Positions 1 to 33,247 of a DNA stretch of 64,000 nucleotides are shown here, piece by piece. Position 1 is the first letter of the stretch, and each line of letters starts with the position of its first letter. Position numbers and translations under genes: made by a program. The notes under the pieces are model-generated. The model saw nothing but the letters and a program-made list of their open reading frames with translations, did no database searches and was not told the origin of the DNA. This stretch comes from Hormiphora californensis (Eukaryota; Animalia; Ctenophora), in assembly GCA_020137815.1 (NCBI GenBank), contig CM035361.1, forward strand, positions 3,224,001-3,288,000, read 5' to 3'.

Positions 1-1523
1 CCACAACCCTCACATTCCCCGACACCAATGACATCAACATTGATTCTACCTACACCTGCGAGTTCTCATTTGACGACTCTCCTGATCTTGATGCTTACAA
101 GCAGACCATAGAGGTTGTCGTACGACGTAAGTACACATACTAGAATCTAGTATTACTATATTCACGGCCTTCAAGTTGTTTAATTACCCTCTCGCAACTA
201 ACATGTCCTTCTTCTTTGCAGTTGCCCAGTCAGAGGATAACATCTTTGCACGAGAGGGAGATGCCAAGGTAGATCTGGAGTGTACCCTGTTGGGTTCAGA
301 AACAGAGAACGGTGCAACTTGGACCACTGGTTCAACAACCATCACTACTGGAGGGGACTACACCATCACCACCACCGCCAAGAAAACTGTACTGAGTATA
401 GCGAACCCTACCCATGATGAGAGAGATGGGGAGTACACGTGTAAATTCGACTTCGAAAATCAGCCCAATTTCTTCCCGACATCCGTCATCAATCTAGATG
501 TCCTATGTAAGTAATTCGTTATGAGCAATCTAGTTGGCCACACATTTCTTTCAGGGTCGAGGTCATTTAGAAATTTAACTACATGTTATTACTTTGAATT
601 ACATTTCAACCCTAGAAAGCTTCTCTCTCCTCTAATTGCCGAGATTTGCATGCCCACTCGTTTGAGTGTTTTCACGTCCTTCCCTTACTGTGTTTGGGTA
701 CGGCACCCCTATTCGTCGCGAGACCTGTACTGTCGACTCAGAACGAAATAGAACCCCCTTCTCAGCGATAACAACTGAACCTCCCCTCCCCAGTGATAAC
801 AACTGAACCTTCACCCTCCCCAGCGATAACACCAGGGCACCGTGATGTGATAACAGGCACTGAAACAGCACTGACATGCCTGGTAGAGGGCCAACAAGAC
901 GCTGTCACTTTCCAGTGGACAGACAGTTCCTCCTCCGCAGTGACTTCGGGAGTAGTATCAGACACTGACATCACTAACAACGAACAGAAGAGTGTATTAA
1001 CGGTGATACCTATAACTGCGGACACCACTTATACGTGTGAAGTAATCGGAACAAACCCAGCGAATACCATCAAAACGACCATCAACGTTAGAATTTTTGG
1101 TAAGTTATATCTATACCATGTCATATTTTGTTGCTGATTTCTCTCATGAACCCCTGAAGTTGAAGTCAGGGATACATTTGCCTGGCTAGACTGTGTTTCG
1201 GGCGCCGCGCCCCCGAATCACCTTCCTACCTTTACAAATGTAAAAGGGATGGTTAGAACATATAACAAGGATACATGGCACACTGGATACATTACAATAA
1301 TGTCATGTTTTCATCTGAACCTTCCAATGTTATTCAATTTTTATTTCAGTGCCCTGTCCCGGTTTCACGGTTAATGGATCAAAAACAACAGTGCAGGACT
1401 CTGATCTGGATGTCATAGTAACTGTTGAATGTCAGAAGAAGCATGTTTTGAAAGGAACAGCAACATTGACCTGTCAGAGTGATGGAACTTGGTCGAGTGA
1501 AATTCCAACGTGTCATAGAGTTG
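1..1523 (+). CDS. 3' part of a multi-exon Ig-like domain + sushi/CCP domain protein (exons ~<1-127, 222-506, ~824-1099, 1350-1523)
   Basis: Ig motifs LEC...W...GEYTCKF and LTC...FQW...YTCEV, then a sushi motif CPG...VEC...LTCQSDGTWS...PTC. Each exon is bounded by AG/GT. The start is outside the window and the last exon is uncertain. Confidence 0.8.
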
Positions 1524-1888
1524 GTAAGTTTATCGGGGCGGGAGGCTAGAACTTTTATTAAATTAGGTGATTGTGTTTTTTACCTTCGTCCTTAGTTTGT
1601 TATGGCGATTGCTATGATCGTGACACTTCAAATTTGTCTGTAAGTTGTAACTTCAAAAGTGTTTAGGGGCACTTTTGTTGTTTACTACTGACACAATAAG
1701 TTGTATCTGTGTATCTGTATCTGTATCTGTATGTGACAGACTGACGAAACCACATGATTAGTTTTCCTAACAGAGTACTCAATTACTGTGTACTTTGTTA
1801 GGAAAACTAATTAACTATTACACAATTATGTATCATATAACAAAATTGTGTTTTAAATAACCATTATTTTACTATTTCAACTACTAAC

Positions 1889-3767
1889 CGTTGCTATATC
1901 ATCCGGTGCTATATAAATATGGGGAGGAGTGGCCGATAAACTCTTGAGCTGTTCTATCGCCTCTGTTAGTGTGGCACTGAGAAAAAGGTAAGATAAAAAC
2001 AAAATTATGTTTATTAGATTAAAATTAGGTTAATTAGACTAATTAGTTTAATTAGTTTAATTAGGTTGAGTAGATTTCTTTTGTAAAGCAATTTATAAAA
2101 TTATTTTGAATTCTAGTTACCTGAAAAGAAGAGTCTGTCGTTTTTTTGGCAAATTTCCAAACACATCCGCTAAGTCCTTCTGGAAGCACGGTTCAAAAAG
2201 ACGATCTGCTTCATCGAGTACTAAGAACTGAATTTTACTGAGATCTAAACCGTCACCTGATGAGCGAATTAAAGGTAAGGTAAGGTTGAAACCCGATTTT
2301 TGTTGAAATCTACAACTCTATTAAATTTACCTGCCCTAAATTCTGTCGAAGTTCTACCGACATGCCAACAACTCAACTACTGTGTACTTATTGTAAATGA
2401 ACACAACAACAAAATATTTCAGGTTTTACCAGAGTTTATGTGATCAGCAAGTCGGCCCGGTGTAGCCACAATGACGTGTGGTTTTCGGGCTAGCTCGACA
2501 CTCTGGGTCAACATGTCCATTCCACCAACTATGACACTAACTCTCACACCTGAATGTTACGTGGATTCACCATGGTTACACTAACTCTCACACCTGATTC
2601 AGTTGTAACGTGGATTAAAAAGACTATAATACCATGGTTACCATGGTTACACTCACTCTAATACCATGGTTACCATGGTTACACTCACTCTAATACCATG
2701 GTTAAGAAATTTTGCTTACCAATATGAGCGCCGAGTGCAACAAACTGATCTTTGATTTGAAACGATAACTCCCTGGGAGATTACAGATCCGTTATAGCCG
2801 AGTTGAACTGTTTTTTGTGTCCTTTTTTAGCTTTTTTAGTGTGTCTGTTTTTAGTGTTTTTTAAATTCTTTTAGCAAATATCGTATGTGGGAGCACACTG
2901 AAGTAAGGACTGTTTTTGTGTGTCTGAATAAATTTTTACAATTATTGTCCTATACTATTTTAACTTCAAATCAATTCAAATTCTGTCTATTATATTGTGT
3001 ACCTGGTAGGTGTAAGTACAACTGCAAATATTCCATAAGGATCTGAGCTAAGCTTGTCGAGGATGGGCAGAGCAAAGGCGGCAGTTTTTCCTGAACCCGT
3101 CTTAGCACAACCAATACAGTCCTTACCTGGAGAGGGGGGGGGTGGAGTACTTAGTAAGTAGCGGGGGGTACTTAGTAACTAGTAAGTAAGAGAGAGAGAG
3201 TGGGGAACTTAGTAAGAAAGCTGGAAGGGAGATGGACTTCAAAAGAGATTCAACCAGAAGAGTACAGTGAGAAATATAGAAAGTACAATGAAATAGTGTT
3301 TATTTAGGACTGTAGACGACTCGGAGATTTATTTCAGGAAAGATAATACGGGACGGTTTCGACGTTTAACGTCATCATCAGCTCAAATTAATTTGTTTAA
3401 AGTAGTGTTGAAAAAACTTTTCAACACTACTTTAAACAAATTAATTTGAGCTGATGATACGTTAAACGTCGAAACCTTTCCTGAAATAAATCTCCGAGTC
3501 GTCTACAGTCCTAAATAAACACTATTTCATTGTATCAAAACTATGCGACTCAAAAACAGCCGATTGGTCAACTTATTGATTCAAAATAGAAAGTAATTGC
3601 CTTGTTTGAACAAAACATAGTTCAAAGTAAGAACTAAGAAGTTTCGCGGTCATACCTTCCAGTATGCTGGGTATACAGTTCAATTGTACAGGTGTTGGTG
3701 ACTTCATACCCAGACCACTACACTGCTGTTGTAACCATGTCTTCAATCCCAGCCCCTCAAAGGTCAT
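1889..3767 (-). CDS. DDX49: DEAD-box RNA helicase DDX49/DBP8, N-terminal half (exons 3767-3656, 3126-3003, ~2772-2720, ~2550-2429, ~2256-2121, ~1977-1889)
   Basis: Spliced translation gives [82 protein letters not shown] 1-nt frameshift follows DEADRL (~2196-2199). C-terminal exons were not found in the window. Confidence 0.85.
3284..3534. mobile_element. Head-to-head inverted pair of SL-capped hammerhead-core (Penelope-like/retrozyme-like) retro-copies in DDX49 intron 1
   Basis: ~125-bp arms form an inverted repeat. Each arm reads SL + CTGATGAT(G)ACGTTAAACGTCGAAAC... outward from the centre. Confidence 0.7.
3382..3450. other. Two spliced-leader exon copies back-to-back (minus 3382-3414, plus 3415-3450)
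   Basis: TTTTCAACACTACTTTAAACAAATTAATTTGAG on both strands. Identical to the sequence at the LINE 5' end 61956-61988 and matches the ctenophore SL as I recall it. Confidence 0.8.
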
Positions 3768-4036
3768 GGTGTAACTTGGGGAGATGGAAGTTACTTAGCA
3801 GATAAAATGACAAAAAGTATTTTAAAACACTGTTAAATCGATCCCATTGGGTCGAGGGTTACGAATATTATATAGATGATGCGGGTAGTACCGATCTTCT
3901 GAGGATGTCAAATAAAAACAGCACAAATTTAAAATGGAAGAATAAACACAACTTATAATATAGCACACGAGCCTCTTCTTATCATCTCTGTCAGCAAGCA
4001 CGATCATTGTTCAATAGAGTCCCTTTCTCTCTCTGA

Positions 4037-4994
4037 TTAGTACTTGTACTTTGTACTATAATCTTTAGGACTAATTACCAAACCCCGACCCTTCCTCGCT
4101 CCCCTGTAGACTGTCTCAACAATATCAATCATCTCCTGTTTGTCATCAATTGACCAGTTTATCTTGTTATTATTTCCTGGAAACATGTTTAAACATGAGC
4201 TTTGTCATTTACAATTCAATTATGTTTCAACTTTGGTTAGCACTTTTCCCAAAATGATCACAAATGACATCCTGTGAGTGCTCAGCAACTTCAAAAAGAT
4301 TTCACAATCAACCAATTAGATATATTTCATTTGATCGGGGTTCGCACAAGTGATAATAAATTATTGAATAATCATTACCTGTTCCCAGATCAATCATGAT
4401 GTGTTTGTTTCTGTAAAAGAACATCACTGTACACGGGTCATACAACTCGTACATTTTGTTGAAATCTGGGACCTGGTGAAATGAGGGTATGTCCATTGAT
4501 GATTGGTAGGGGATTAGCTTGAGAAGTGTTGAAATGCTTTGCCACCAATTTGGGAGAAACTTAGACTAGCAAACTTAGGGACATTAATTAATTATTAATT
4601 ATTAATTAGGGACAAACCTCAGTAATATCGACAAGATATATCTGGGCGAAGTTTCTAACTTTATCAGCAATACCATACAACGTTTCATCCATTTTCATAC
4701 AGGTCGGGTCCCAATCGTGGCCAAACCTAGAAAAAAAGTTAATAGTTTACACTTTAGTGTTCATTTATGGGTTTAGAGCTACAAAAAAACCCTGAATCAT
4801 GGATTTGAAAGACGTTATATCCTGTCCAAATATTCCCAGAGAATCAAGGATGAGATTAGCAGGATCAATATGGATCAAGGGCGCCACCCAACTACCAAAT
4901 ATTCCCACCTGAAAATGATTGCCCTATCCTCTTCAGACATGATTGCTTGGTCCACTTGCCACCCATTGTGAAGATGGGGCAACATGTAGGACAT
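4037..4994 (-). CDS. TXNL4A: U5 snRNP protein DIM1/TXNL4A (4 exons: 4994-4909, ~4727-4618, ~4473-4379, ~4177-4037)
   Basis: MSYMLPHLHNGWQVDQAI...RFGHDWDPTCMKMDE...VPDFNKMYELYDPCTVMFFYRNKHIMIDLGTGNNNKINW...VYRGARKGRGLVISPKDYSTKYKY*, with canonical splice sites. Confidence 0.97.
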
Positions 4995-5119
4995 GGTGCA
5001 ACCTAAAAAAGGAGGGTTTATTGAATTAGTTCTCAGTTCTGTCGCCCAGGGTACTTGTTGAAACGCCACCGAGAGCAAAAATTGTTGAAGTATGCTACAG
5101 GCCCCTCTGGAGAAGGTCG

Positions 5120-6600
5120 TTGTGTACGGTGGTCGTTCCATATGGGTCGGTACACGAGGGGTCCAGGGGCGGTGCGCAGCGTTCAGCCGTTCTGGTCAAA
5201 ATGCGGCCGAAATATTTTTAACTCGCGCGTTCCGTCGAAATACCCAATGCGGATGGTCCGCATTGGCTATTTTGACGTAGCGGACCGATAAAAAATACTG
5301 CGACGGCAAAAAAACCTGTGTGGCACACGGATTTCACTAAAAATCTCATTTGAAACATCAAATTTTGAAAAAAATTGACCCTTTTCCTTGAATTTTTTCT
5401 TCTTCTCTCCGTGATCCAAAGTAAAAATGCGGACGCGTCTGCATCGTCCGCATGGCAGAGCCGCCCCTGGAGGGGTCTGTGTCGCATGTCAGAGAAACTT
5501 GCGACAAAAACTGTTTTCTAAAATTTTTTTGAAAATTCACTAACCCTAACACCGATTGGCATCACTTTCCAACAGCCGAAGAGAAGCTGCCGAAGAGAGA
5601 AAGGGGGTAACCGTATGAAGAGTTAATCGCGATGAGTCTCATTCACATTGGGACTTGGGTTCGATCATTTGCCCCCGGTGTTGGGGTTAGTAACAAATAA
5701 ATATTAAAATCACTCACTCGAATAAACAATAAATCTTACAAATAAAATCTCACACAAGATTCAGATATTGAAGTCAATGCTACCAAGTCCTACTGGGGTG
5801 TATTTTGTTCGACACCCCCTCAGAGATCTCAAGGTTGCGATTAGTAAGCAGAATCTCAGCCTCCTTCTGATAGCTGCCAACGCCTCGCTGTACATCTCTC
5901 CGTGCTTGTCCTCGATGTGTCTGACTGTCTTCTTCATCGCCCTGTCCATTTCTGGGCCAACACCACCTGTTGTTGTAAAGGTCCCCCAAACTACTATGTC
6001 CCTTGCTGCGCGCGACCGGATTTTAGACGGCCATAGCTCCACCCCCTGATAAGATAGAGACTTGAAATTTGTTTTGTAGGGAGATCATATCGAGTTCTTC
6101 CTACAAAACAAATTTCAAGTCTCTATCTCATCATGGAGTGGAGTTATGACCGTGGGAAATTTCACAAAACCCGAGTGAGGGACATAGTAGTTTGGGGTGT
6201 ACTTTAAACACCAGTGGAGGTTCAAGTTTAAATTTTTGGCAAACATGAACTCGTCCAGCAGCGCAGCGCGGCGCGACTCGAGGGTAACCACGAATGCGCG
6301 CCGTTTTTGGCATCGTTTGTTGGAATTTTTCGCGGGCACCGTTTAAAAGGCAGCGCAAATTCGATTAAGTGAAGGCGCCGCGCATATGTTGATTAAAATT
6401 AATAAATTTTAAAAAGCCAGTTTTTTTAAATTCAAAAGTTTCACTTCCGAAAAGTGGTTCTTACTTCTTTGTCCGCTTTTAACTTCCAATTTGAACTTGA
6501 ACTCGAAAAATGCTTCCGATGTTGTTTTAATTTCACGATTTGAATTTAATTTGAATTTGAGCTTTTAAGTCTAATACCAGAAGCGTGTTTGCTCCGTTGC
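5120..6600. repeat. Unclassified interspersed repeat, inverted copy at ~62140-63350
   Basis: Blocks 5126-5163, 5474-5522 and 6290-6600 match the reverse complement of 63316-63352, 63260-63309 and 62140-62500. Confidence 0.7.
5690..5985 (-). mobile_element. 5'-truncated RLE-type (CRE-like) non-LTR retrotransposon 3' end
   Basis: FTTTGGVG...YSEA...IRRRLRFCLL.ATLRSLRGCR resembles the C-terminus of animal CRE-like RT-RLE ORFs. It is followed by a T-rich 3' end. Confidence 0.6.
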
Positions 6601-6730
6601 ACGCTTTCAGCCACTCAGACAGACGTTTCAGACAAAGGTTGTCAGTCAAAAAAGCTTAGGATAGGTCAACATAGCCGTTAATTTTTCAGTTCCAACAATA
6701 TTAGTTGGTACCGGCACTTTAAACGTTTAA

Positions 6731-8841
6731 CCCTTTGACGGCGACAGAGCATATATGCTACAGTATATTCTAGGCGGCCTGGAAGTCCTTATGTTTTATC
6801 TAGGTGGCCCATATTTTGTCACAAGCTAGTTTTAGGGATTATGAACCTAAAACCACGTCCAGATCAGCTCAGAAAATCAAGAAAAAATTTTTATAGCCCT
6901 TCTAAGGAGGCTAATTTCGGCCTTTTTTTAAAAACATTTCTCATTTTTTTGTTTTTTGGGGGCACAACTAATCCTTTGAAGGAATAAAAGTGCTCGACAT
7001 AACCGACCGAATGCAAAAAGCCGCATCAAAAAATATTGAAAATTGAATGAGTTATTAACATTTAAGGTGCCTTATCATATATGATACTATCGAATTCTAC
7101 TGGGAATTCTAGTAACAAATCTAAATTGTACAAGTTTGTGGGTGCTATGGCATAAATTTATGCTTTTATGTGGTATGTAGCTACAAGTTCTACAATCGTG
7201 AACGGTTTTTACCAGGAAAAGAACCCAAATTAGAGATTTGTATCATATATGATACTATCGTCCTAAGGGTAAATTCTCCTAAAACATACACAATTCGGGC
7301 TAGAAAAGGAGCTAAGAGACAAATCAGGGCACTAAAATGTGTAGAATCATCGCATTAGTGGGGGTAGAGCACATATTTAGGTCGCTATCTGGATCCATAA
7401 TTGAGATAATTGGATAATTAGCTAATTAGTTGCCCTGGAGCGCTAATAAATGAGACTAGGCGGAGTATGCAAGACAAGTGAGGGCACTAAAATGTGTAAA
7501 ATCATCGCCTTAGCGGGGGTAGAGCACATAGCTGAGTTTCTATTCCCACTCCTAATTGAGATAATTGGATAATTTGCTAATTGACAGTTGCACACCGTCC
7601 ACTTTTCACCAAATCCCGTGGTTTCTAGGTAATCCTGAGCTCTTTTGCTCAATCTAAGGATTTTCTGACAACCCCTAACCCCATTTGTATCACCTTTGAC
7701 TCGTTTTACACAATAGTATAGCACTCGATACAACCCTAGACACTGCCTTCAGCTCTTTAGAACCCTCTTGCTCCATCCTAGACCTCTCATACATCCAAGA
7801 TCCAACTAGGTACAATCCTATAGAATTTTTATATCCTATTGCTCCTACAACACGTTCAACCTCTAATTGTACTACAGTTTCCCATGTTTATTGTTTGGAC
7901 ACACGGTTATAGGGGTTTAGGGATATTAGGGGATGTCAGAAGATCCTTAGATTGAGCAAAAGACCTCAGGATTACCTAGAAACGACGGGATTTGGTGAAA
8001 AGTGGACGGTGTGCAACCGTCAATTAGCTAATTAATAATTATCCAATTATCTCATTTAGGAGTTGGAATAGAAACTCAGCTATGTGCTCTACCCCCGCTA
8101 AGGCGATGATTTTACACATTTTAGTGCCCCTACTTGTCTTGGATACTCCACAAAGTCTCATTTATTAGCGCTCCAGGGCAACTAATTAGCTAATTATCCA
8201 ATTATCTCAATTATGGATCCAGATAGCGACCTAAATATGTGCTCTACCCCCACTAATGCAATGATTCTACACATTTTAGTGCCCCCATTTGTCTCATAAC
8301 TCCTTCCCAGAGCAAAGTTTCATGAATAATTAGCACACGCAGGACAGATAATTAGCTAATTATCCAATTATCTCAATTAGGGATCCAGATAGCGACCTAA
8401 ATATGTGCTCTACCCCCACTAATGCGATGATTCTACACATTTTAGTGCCCTGATTTGTCTCTTAGCTCCTTTTCTAGCCCGAATTATGTATGTTTTAGGA
8501 GAATTTACCCTTAGGACGATAGTATCATATATGATACAAATCTCTAATTTGGGTTCTTTTCCTGGTAAAAACCGTTGACGATTGTAGAACTTGTAGCTAC
8601 AAACCTCATGAAAGCATGAATTTATGCCATAACACCCACAAACTTGTACAATTTACTAATTTAGATTTGTTACTAGAATTCCCTTACGGACGATAGTATC
8701 ATATATGCTACAGTGGGCCCAGCAAAAACTACATGTCGGAATTACAAATTTCCTTTTCGAGGCGTTTTGTGTTGATAATATCTACTTATAAACGAAAAAT
8801 TAGACAATTCTATCGAGCCAATCCTTCACGCCGTCAAAGGG
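6731..8841. mobile_element. Non-autonomous piggyBac-type element with internal long inverted repeats
   Basis: TTAA|CCCTTTGACGGCG...CGCCGTCAAAGGG|TTAA. The paralogue at ~42632-42650 has the empty site with a single TTAA. Internal IR ~7070-7740 versus 7900-8710. Confidence 0.9.
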
Positions 8842-8970
8842 TTAAAGCTTTTCAGTTTTTCGGTTTTTTTGTTCACTACTCTCCTTCCGGCTTCCCGTAC
8901 GAACCACAATGTGTTTATCATTTATCCTTAGCATTATTCTCAAGCCCAGAATGTGATTTGAACAACCATT

Positions 8971-11900
8971 ATGACGTCATATCTTACTATCGTACTACTT
9001 GCAATTTTCCACACAGGTAGGTATTGTAAATTCTATTATACAGTCGGACCCCGATTTAGGGGCCCCCGATTTAGTGGCACCCCAATTTAGGGACAGGATT
9101 TTTTCCCCCGATATAGGAAATTAACCTTATTTGACCCCGATTTAGTGGACACCCCGATTTAGTGGACAAGAGCCTTTCCCCCGAGGGTGTCCCTAAATCG
9201 GGGTCCGACTGTAGCTACAGGAAACCTCTTTAAATAGTGTCACCTCTATCATATTATGTTGACAATTGTAACCCATAGTTCCTCCTCAGGATTATCCCGC
9301 GAAGAATGCTCCGCTACAACCCGAACCTTGGGCAGGCCCACCCGTCTCATTATGCAGGAGCACAATCGTTATCGAGCCATCCACGGCCAATCCCCAATCT
9401 GCTACGGGAGTGATACAGCCACTTTCTCAGCGGAACCTTGGGCAAAATCAATCTCCAAGAAATCGGATCTGATCCACAGTGCCTATTATAACAGGGGTGT
9501 GTTTGGCGAGAGTTTGGCGGGAAATACGGATAGTTTGGAGGAGGAAAAGTTCCTGTTCACAGCTATTAAAGACTGGTTTAATCTGTGTAACTTTATTCCT
9601 GTTAGTGAGCTAACTCTAACAGATGTAAAGAGAGATAAACGTGTTGAGTCCTGTTTACAGATTCTCACAGCTACAAATGTGGAGTGCGGCTGGGATGATA
9701 AGGTGGTGGTATGTCAGTACTGGCCGGCTGTTAAAAAGGGGTTTCCAGTTCTTCCCAAAGCGACCGATTGGAAGTTGATGGATGGTAAAATGGAGAGGAA
9801 AAATTTTATAAAAACAGCTCTGGATGATCTGCGTCCACAGATTGTCCAGGTGAAAGTACCACCTGAGAGACTTGGTGATACTTTATTGGATGTTACTTTC
9901 TCTTATTCTCTCTCTTCGGCAGTCGACACTGGGCTAGGCATTAGTTATATAGATAAACCTAACTCGGCGACTGCATTGGATATCGGATGTGGAAAGTTTC
10001 CCCTCGACTCGGAAGTTCCTAAAACGTGGAAAACGCTGGTATTTTCTTATAACGTTACTGGAAATCTTGATTGGAGTAACAGGGAAGCAATTGTTGGAGT
10101 AAATGGGAAAGAAATTGCTAATCTCGCTCCTAAAAAGAGAGGGTAATTAATAAATTAAATCCCCCCAAGACATATTTTCACGTAGCAACAACAAAGTTGT
10201 AAAAATATTTTATCTTCATTTTCCTAGGTGTTTTAAAGCGGAGTTTCTATTGCACAGAATGGACCTAAACTGGGTGGGTGTCAACACGGGATGGCCCTTT
10301 GACGCCAGATTACTCACAACAATTACTGATCCCCTACCTATTGTGGACAAAATTGAGAAACCAGATGACGAAAAAGAGAAACCAGATGACGAAAAAGAGA
10401 AACCAGAAGATGATGAGGGATCAGTGAACGATAGGTTACTGCCTGGTGAAGATTCTGTTTTGTTTACTGAGGCATCCTACGGAACTGATGATGATGAGGT
10501 CACATTGGATGGAAAGAAAATTATCTTTCCTCAGGTAACTAATTGGTTTGTTCAAACTCTTTTATATAACAGTCTAACACTCTAACTTGGCAAGTAATTA
10601 ATTTAGTTGCTAAGTAACATGAAGCAGGTGTGTTTAAGAATTCAGGTTGCTAGGTAACATGTTGCTAAGTATGACGTTTCTAGACAGAATAATTCTAGAC
10701 ATTGGATTGCACTAGGTTGCCAGGTTGTTACTTATATCGCAACACCAGGTTTGGCTTAATATTATGTAGTAGGTTGCCAGGTTGTTACTTGAATGACAGC
10801 TCACAACACTCAAATCCCATAAAACCTGCAGGTTCACGTTACGTTTATGGAGGTGGGAACCCACCAAGTCACAATATACCTGGATCACAGTGGGGAGTTT
10901 GAGGGAATTTCAGGGTTACAGTTGATCTTAGTACCTGACAAAGTCGAGGATAAAAATGCCTTTAAAACTACTGTTAACACTTACCAAGATGCAAAAAGGA
11001 GCTTCAAGGTGAGGAGAATGAAATGATGGCAGAATTGTTAAAAGTAGCTCTGTTCAAAGCTCTGTTCAAAGTCCCTCAGCTCAGAGAACAATAACATGTT
11101 ATATCACATTATATATGATTTGGGTCGTGGAGAGTAGAAATCGCTGTTACATCTCTCCCTCATTTCTCGAACTGCTCCAATCAATGCCCTAAAATTTCCC
11201 CGCCGTGCAGGATAAGAAAGGTGAACTGACAGTGCCCTAACATTTCCCCGCCGTGCAGGATAAGAAAGGTGAACTGACAGTGCCCTACATAACTGCCGAG
11301 TTTACGGAACTACCTGATCACTTTGTAATCGGTGATGGGTTGTTGTATGGGGAGTATTACAATGGACCCTTATTGGTGGCACACGGGCACGCCAAGTACA
11401 GTGTGAGGGTCAGGGGTATCGTAATGGGGAAGAAGGGAAAGGTATGATATATCTGATATTTTCTAACATGACTTATACCCATCTTTTTTTCCGTGCAAAT
11501 GTGTGGTAATTCTTAGATTCCAAATGGTTCAAATACTTGAGTACAAGTACAAGTAACAAGTACAAGTACAAGTACAAGTACAAGTACAAGTACAAGTACA
11601 AGCACAAGCACAAGTACATACAAGTACATGTTATACAAGTACAAGTACAAGTACAAATACACAAGTACAAGTACAAGTACAAGTATGACACATGATTTCC
11701 CCTCATACAGAGATGGTTCATTGACTCTGATATCCTGGGTGTGTTTGACACGGCCACCGCCAGCTATGCAGGACTTGGTTTGTTGGCTGTCTTATTTCTG
11801 GTAACATTTGGCGCATGTTACAGTGCCCGAGTTAGGAAGAGACGGCGTATGAAGGAGGTTAGATTTTCCCGAATCGTATACATTTCTTGTGATTATAAAT

Positions 11901-12523
11901 GGAGTTTTCAGTTGGAATAGCTACCTGAAATATGAAATACTGCACAGAATGTGTAGATATTTTAGGCTCTTCAGTTTGTACAATTATTGTGCCAATGTAC
12001 CTTGTACAATTATTATTTCCTCCAAAATATGAGATTATCTCTCTCCCCAGGTTGCAGTCGCACTCAACAAACTGAACGATCTGGTAAACGAGAGAGTGGA
12101 TGATCGAGATGAGATCAGTAACGATGGTTGTGGGGTACGGAGAGAGGTGTCTCAGTGGGAGAGGGATGAGTGGTGGTCTGTTTCAACTGCAGGAGTTGCC
12201 ATGAACTACGATCAGGATCTTCAAACAAGTGAGTTGTTTTTACTGTTGCCGCGCTCAACATCATGACTAGTGAAATGAATAATCCGTCATACCAGGCCTA
12301 CGACTGCCAATTTCAAGGACTGATTTGATAATGATCACTATAATCTGGATACCTCATGACCTTCCGGCTTCCTTCTCTGTAAGGCCCATGCTCTGACCAC
12401 AGTTCTCGCGTGCTCCGAGAATAGGGTCAGGTCAATGCTCTGACCTTCCTTCTCGTATTTAACCATCTTGTATTTCTTTCAGATGACCAAGATCAAGAAG
12501 AGGTTTATCATTATTCCTACTGA
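8971..12523 (+). CDS. CAP/SCP-domain single-pass membrane protein (signal-peptide exon 8971-9016, 9290-10142, 10228-10534, further exons, TM exon ~11711-11857, 12051-12228, 12483-12523)
   Basis: Signal peptide MTSYLTIVLLAIFHT. CAP motifs EHNRYRAIHG, LIHS, FGESLA, VVVCQYWP. TM segment GLGLLAVLFLVTFGACY followed by RKRRR. Splice phases were compatible where checked; middle exons are approximate. Confidence 0.75.
9041..9211. mobile_element. Tc1/pogo-type MITE
   Basis: TA|CAGTCGGACCCCGATTTAG...CTAAATCGGGGTCCGACTG|TA. Absent from the paralogous intron at ~42440-42455. Confidence 0.9.
11541..11685. repeat. (TACAAG)n microsatellite
   Basis: Direct reading; intronic. Confidence 0.9.
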
Positions 12524-13149
12524 TCTACCAGTGAGTACTGTTCATCCATTGCAACCACCTGCCACAACCACACGACACAACCACTGCACCCAAGGAACCA
12601 CCCACCACAACCACACACCACAACAACTTATCACCATCACCCGCCACAACAACTTATCACAACCACTCATCGCAACTACTCGCCACAACCAGTCAAAGAA
12701 TCACAACCACGCATTATTGAAACCAATTGGCTAATCAAAGATCACCCTGTTAAAAAGCTGGACTTTTATCTGTAATTAGGAACTGAATTTTGAGGTTAGG
12801 TTTTGAGGTTTAGAGACTTATTGGGGCTAAACAGACCTCTGATAAATAAGAATACCGGGGCTAAAAGACATTTTTTAAAGTTTCTGTTCATATAACTTTG
12901 ATTTTAAAACATTTTGCTAAACTTATGCTTACTTTCGAACTCAAGTGAGAACTAGCCGGTTTTGGCAGAAATCTGGTACAGGTCAGACTCAAACTGAAAA
13001 TTCAATTAAAAAACTAAAAATGATCAAGTAAACAACAATAAAATTACGTCATAACTTTCTTACGTCACCTCACAACAATATATATTATATCGAAAACGCC
13101 CACAATGCAGTCCCAGATCTATTACATTATTGTTTATTATCACTGTAAA

Positions 13150-33247
<20,098 letters not shown>

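Noticed and set aside
5690-5985. CRE-like fragment as an SL-gene-targeted insertion
   Set aside because: No SL sequence in its flanks.
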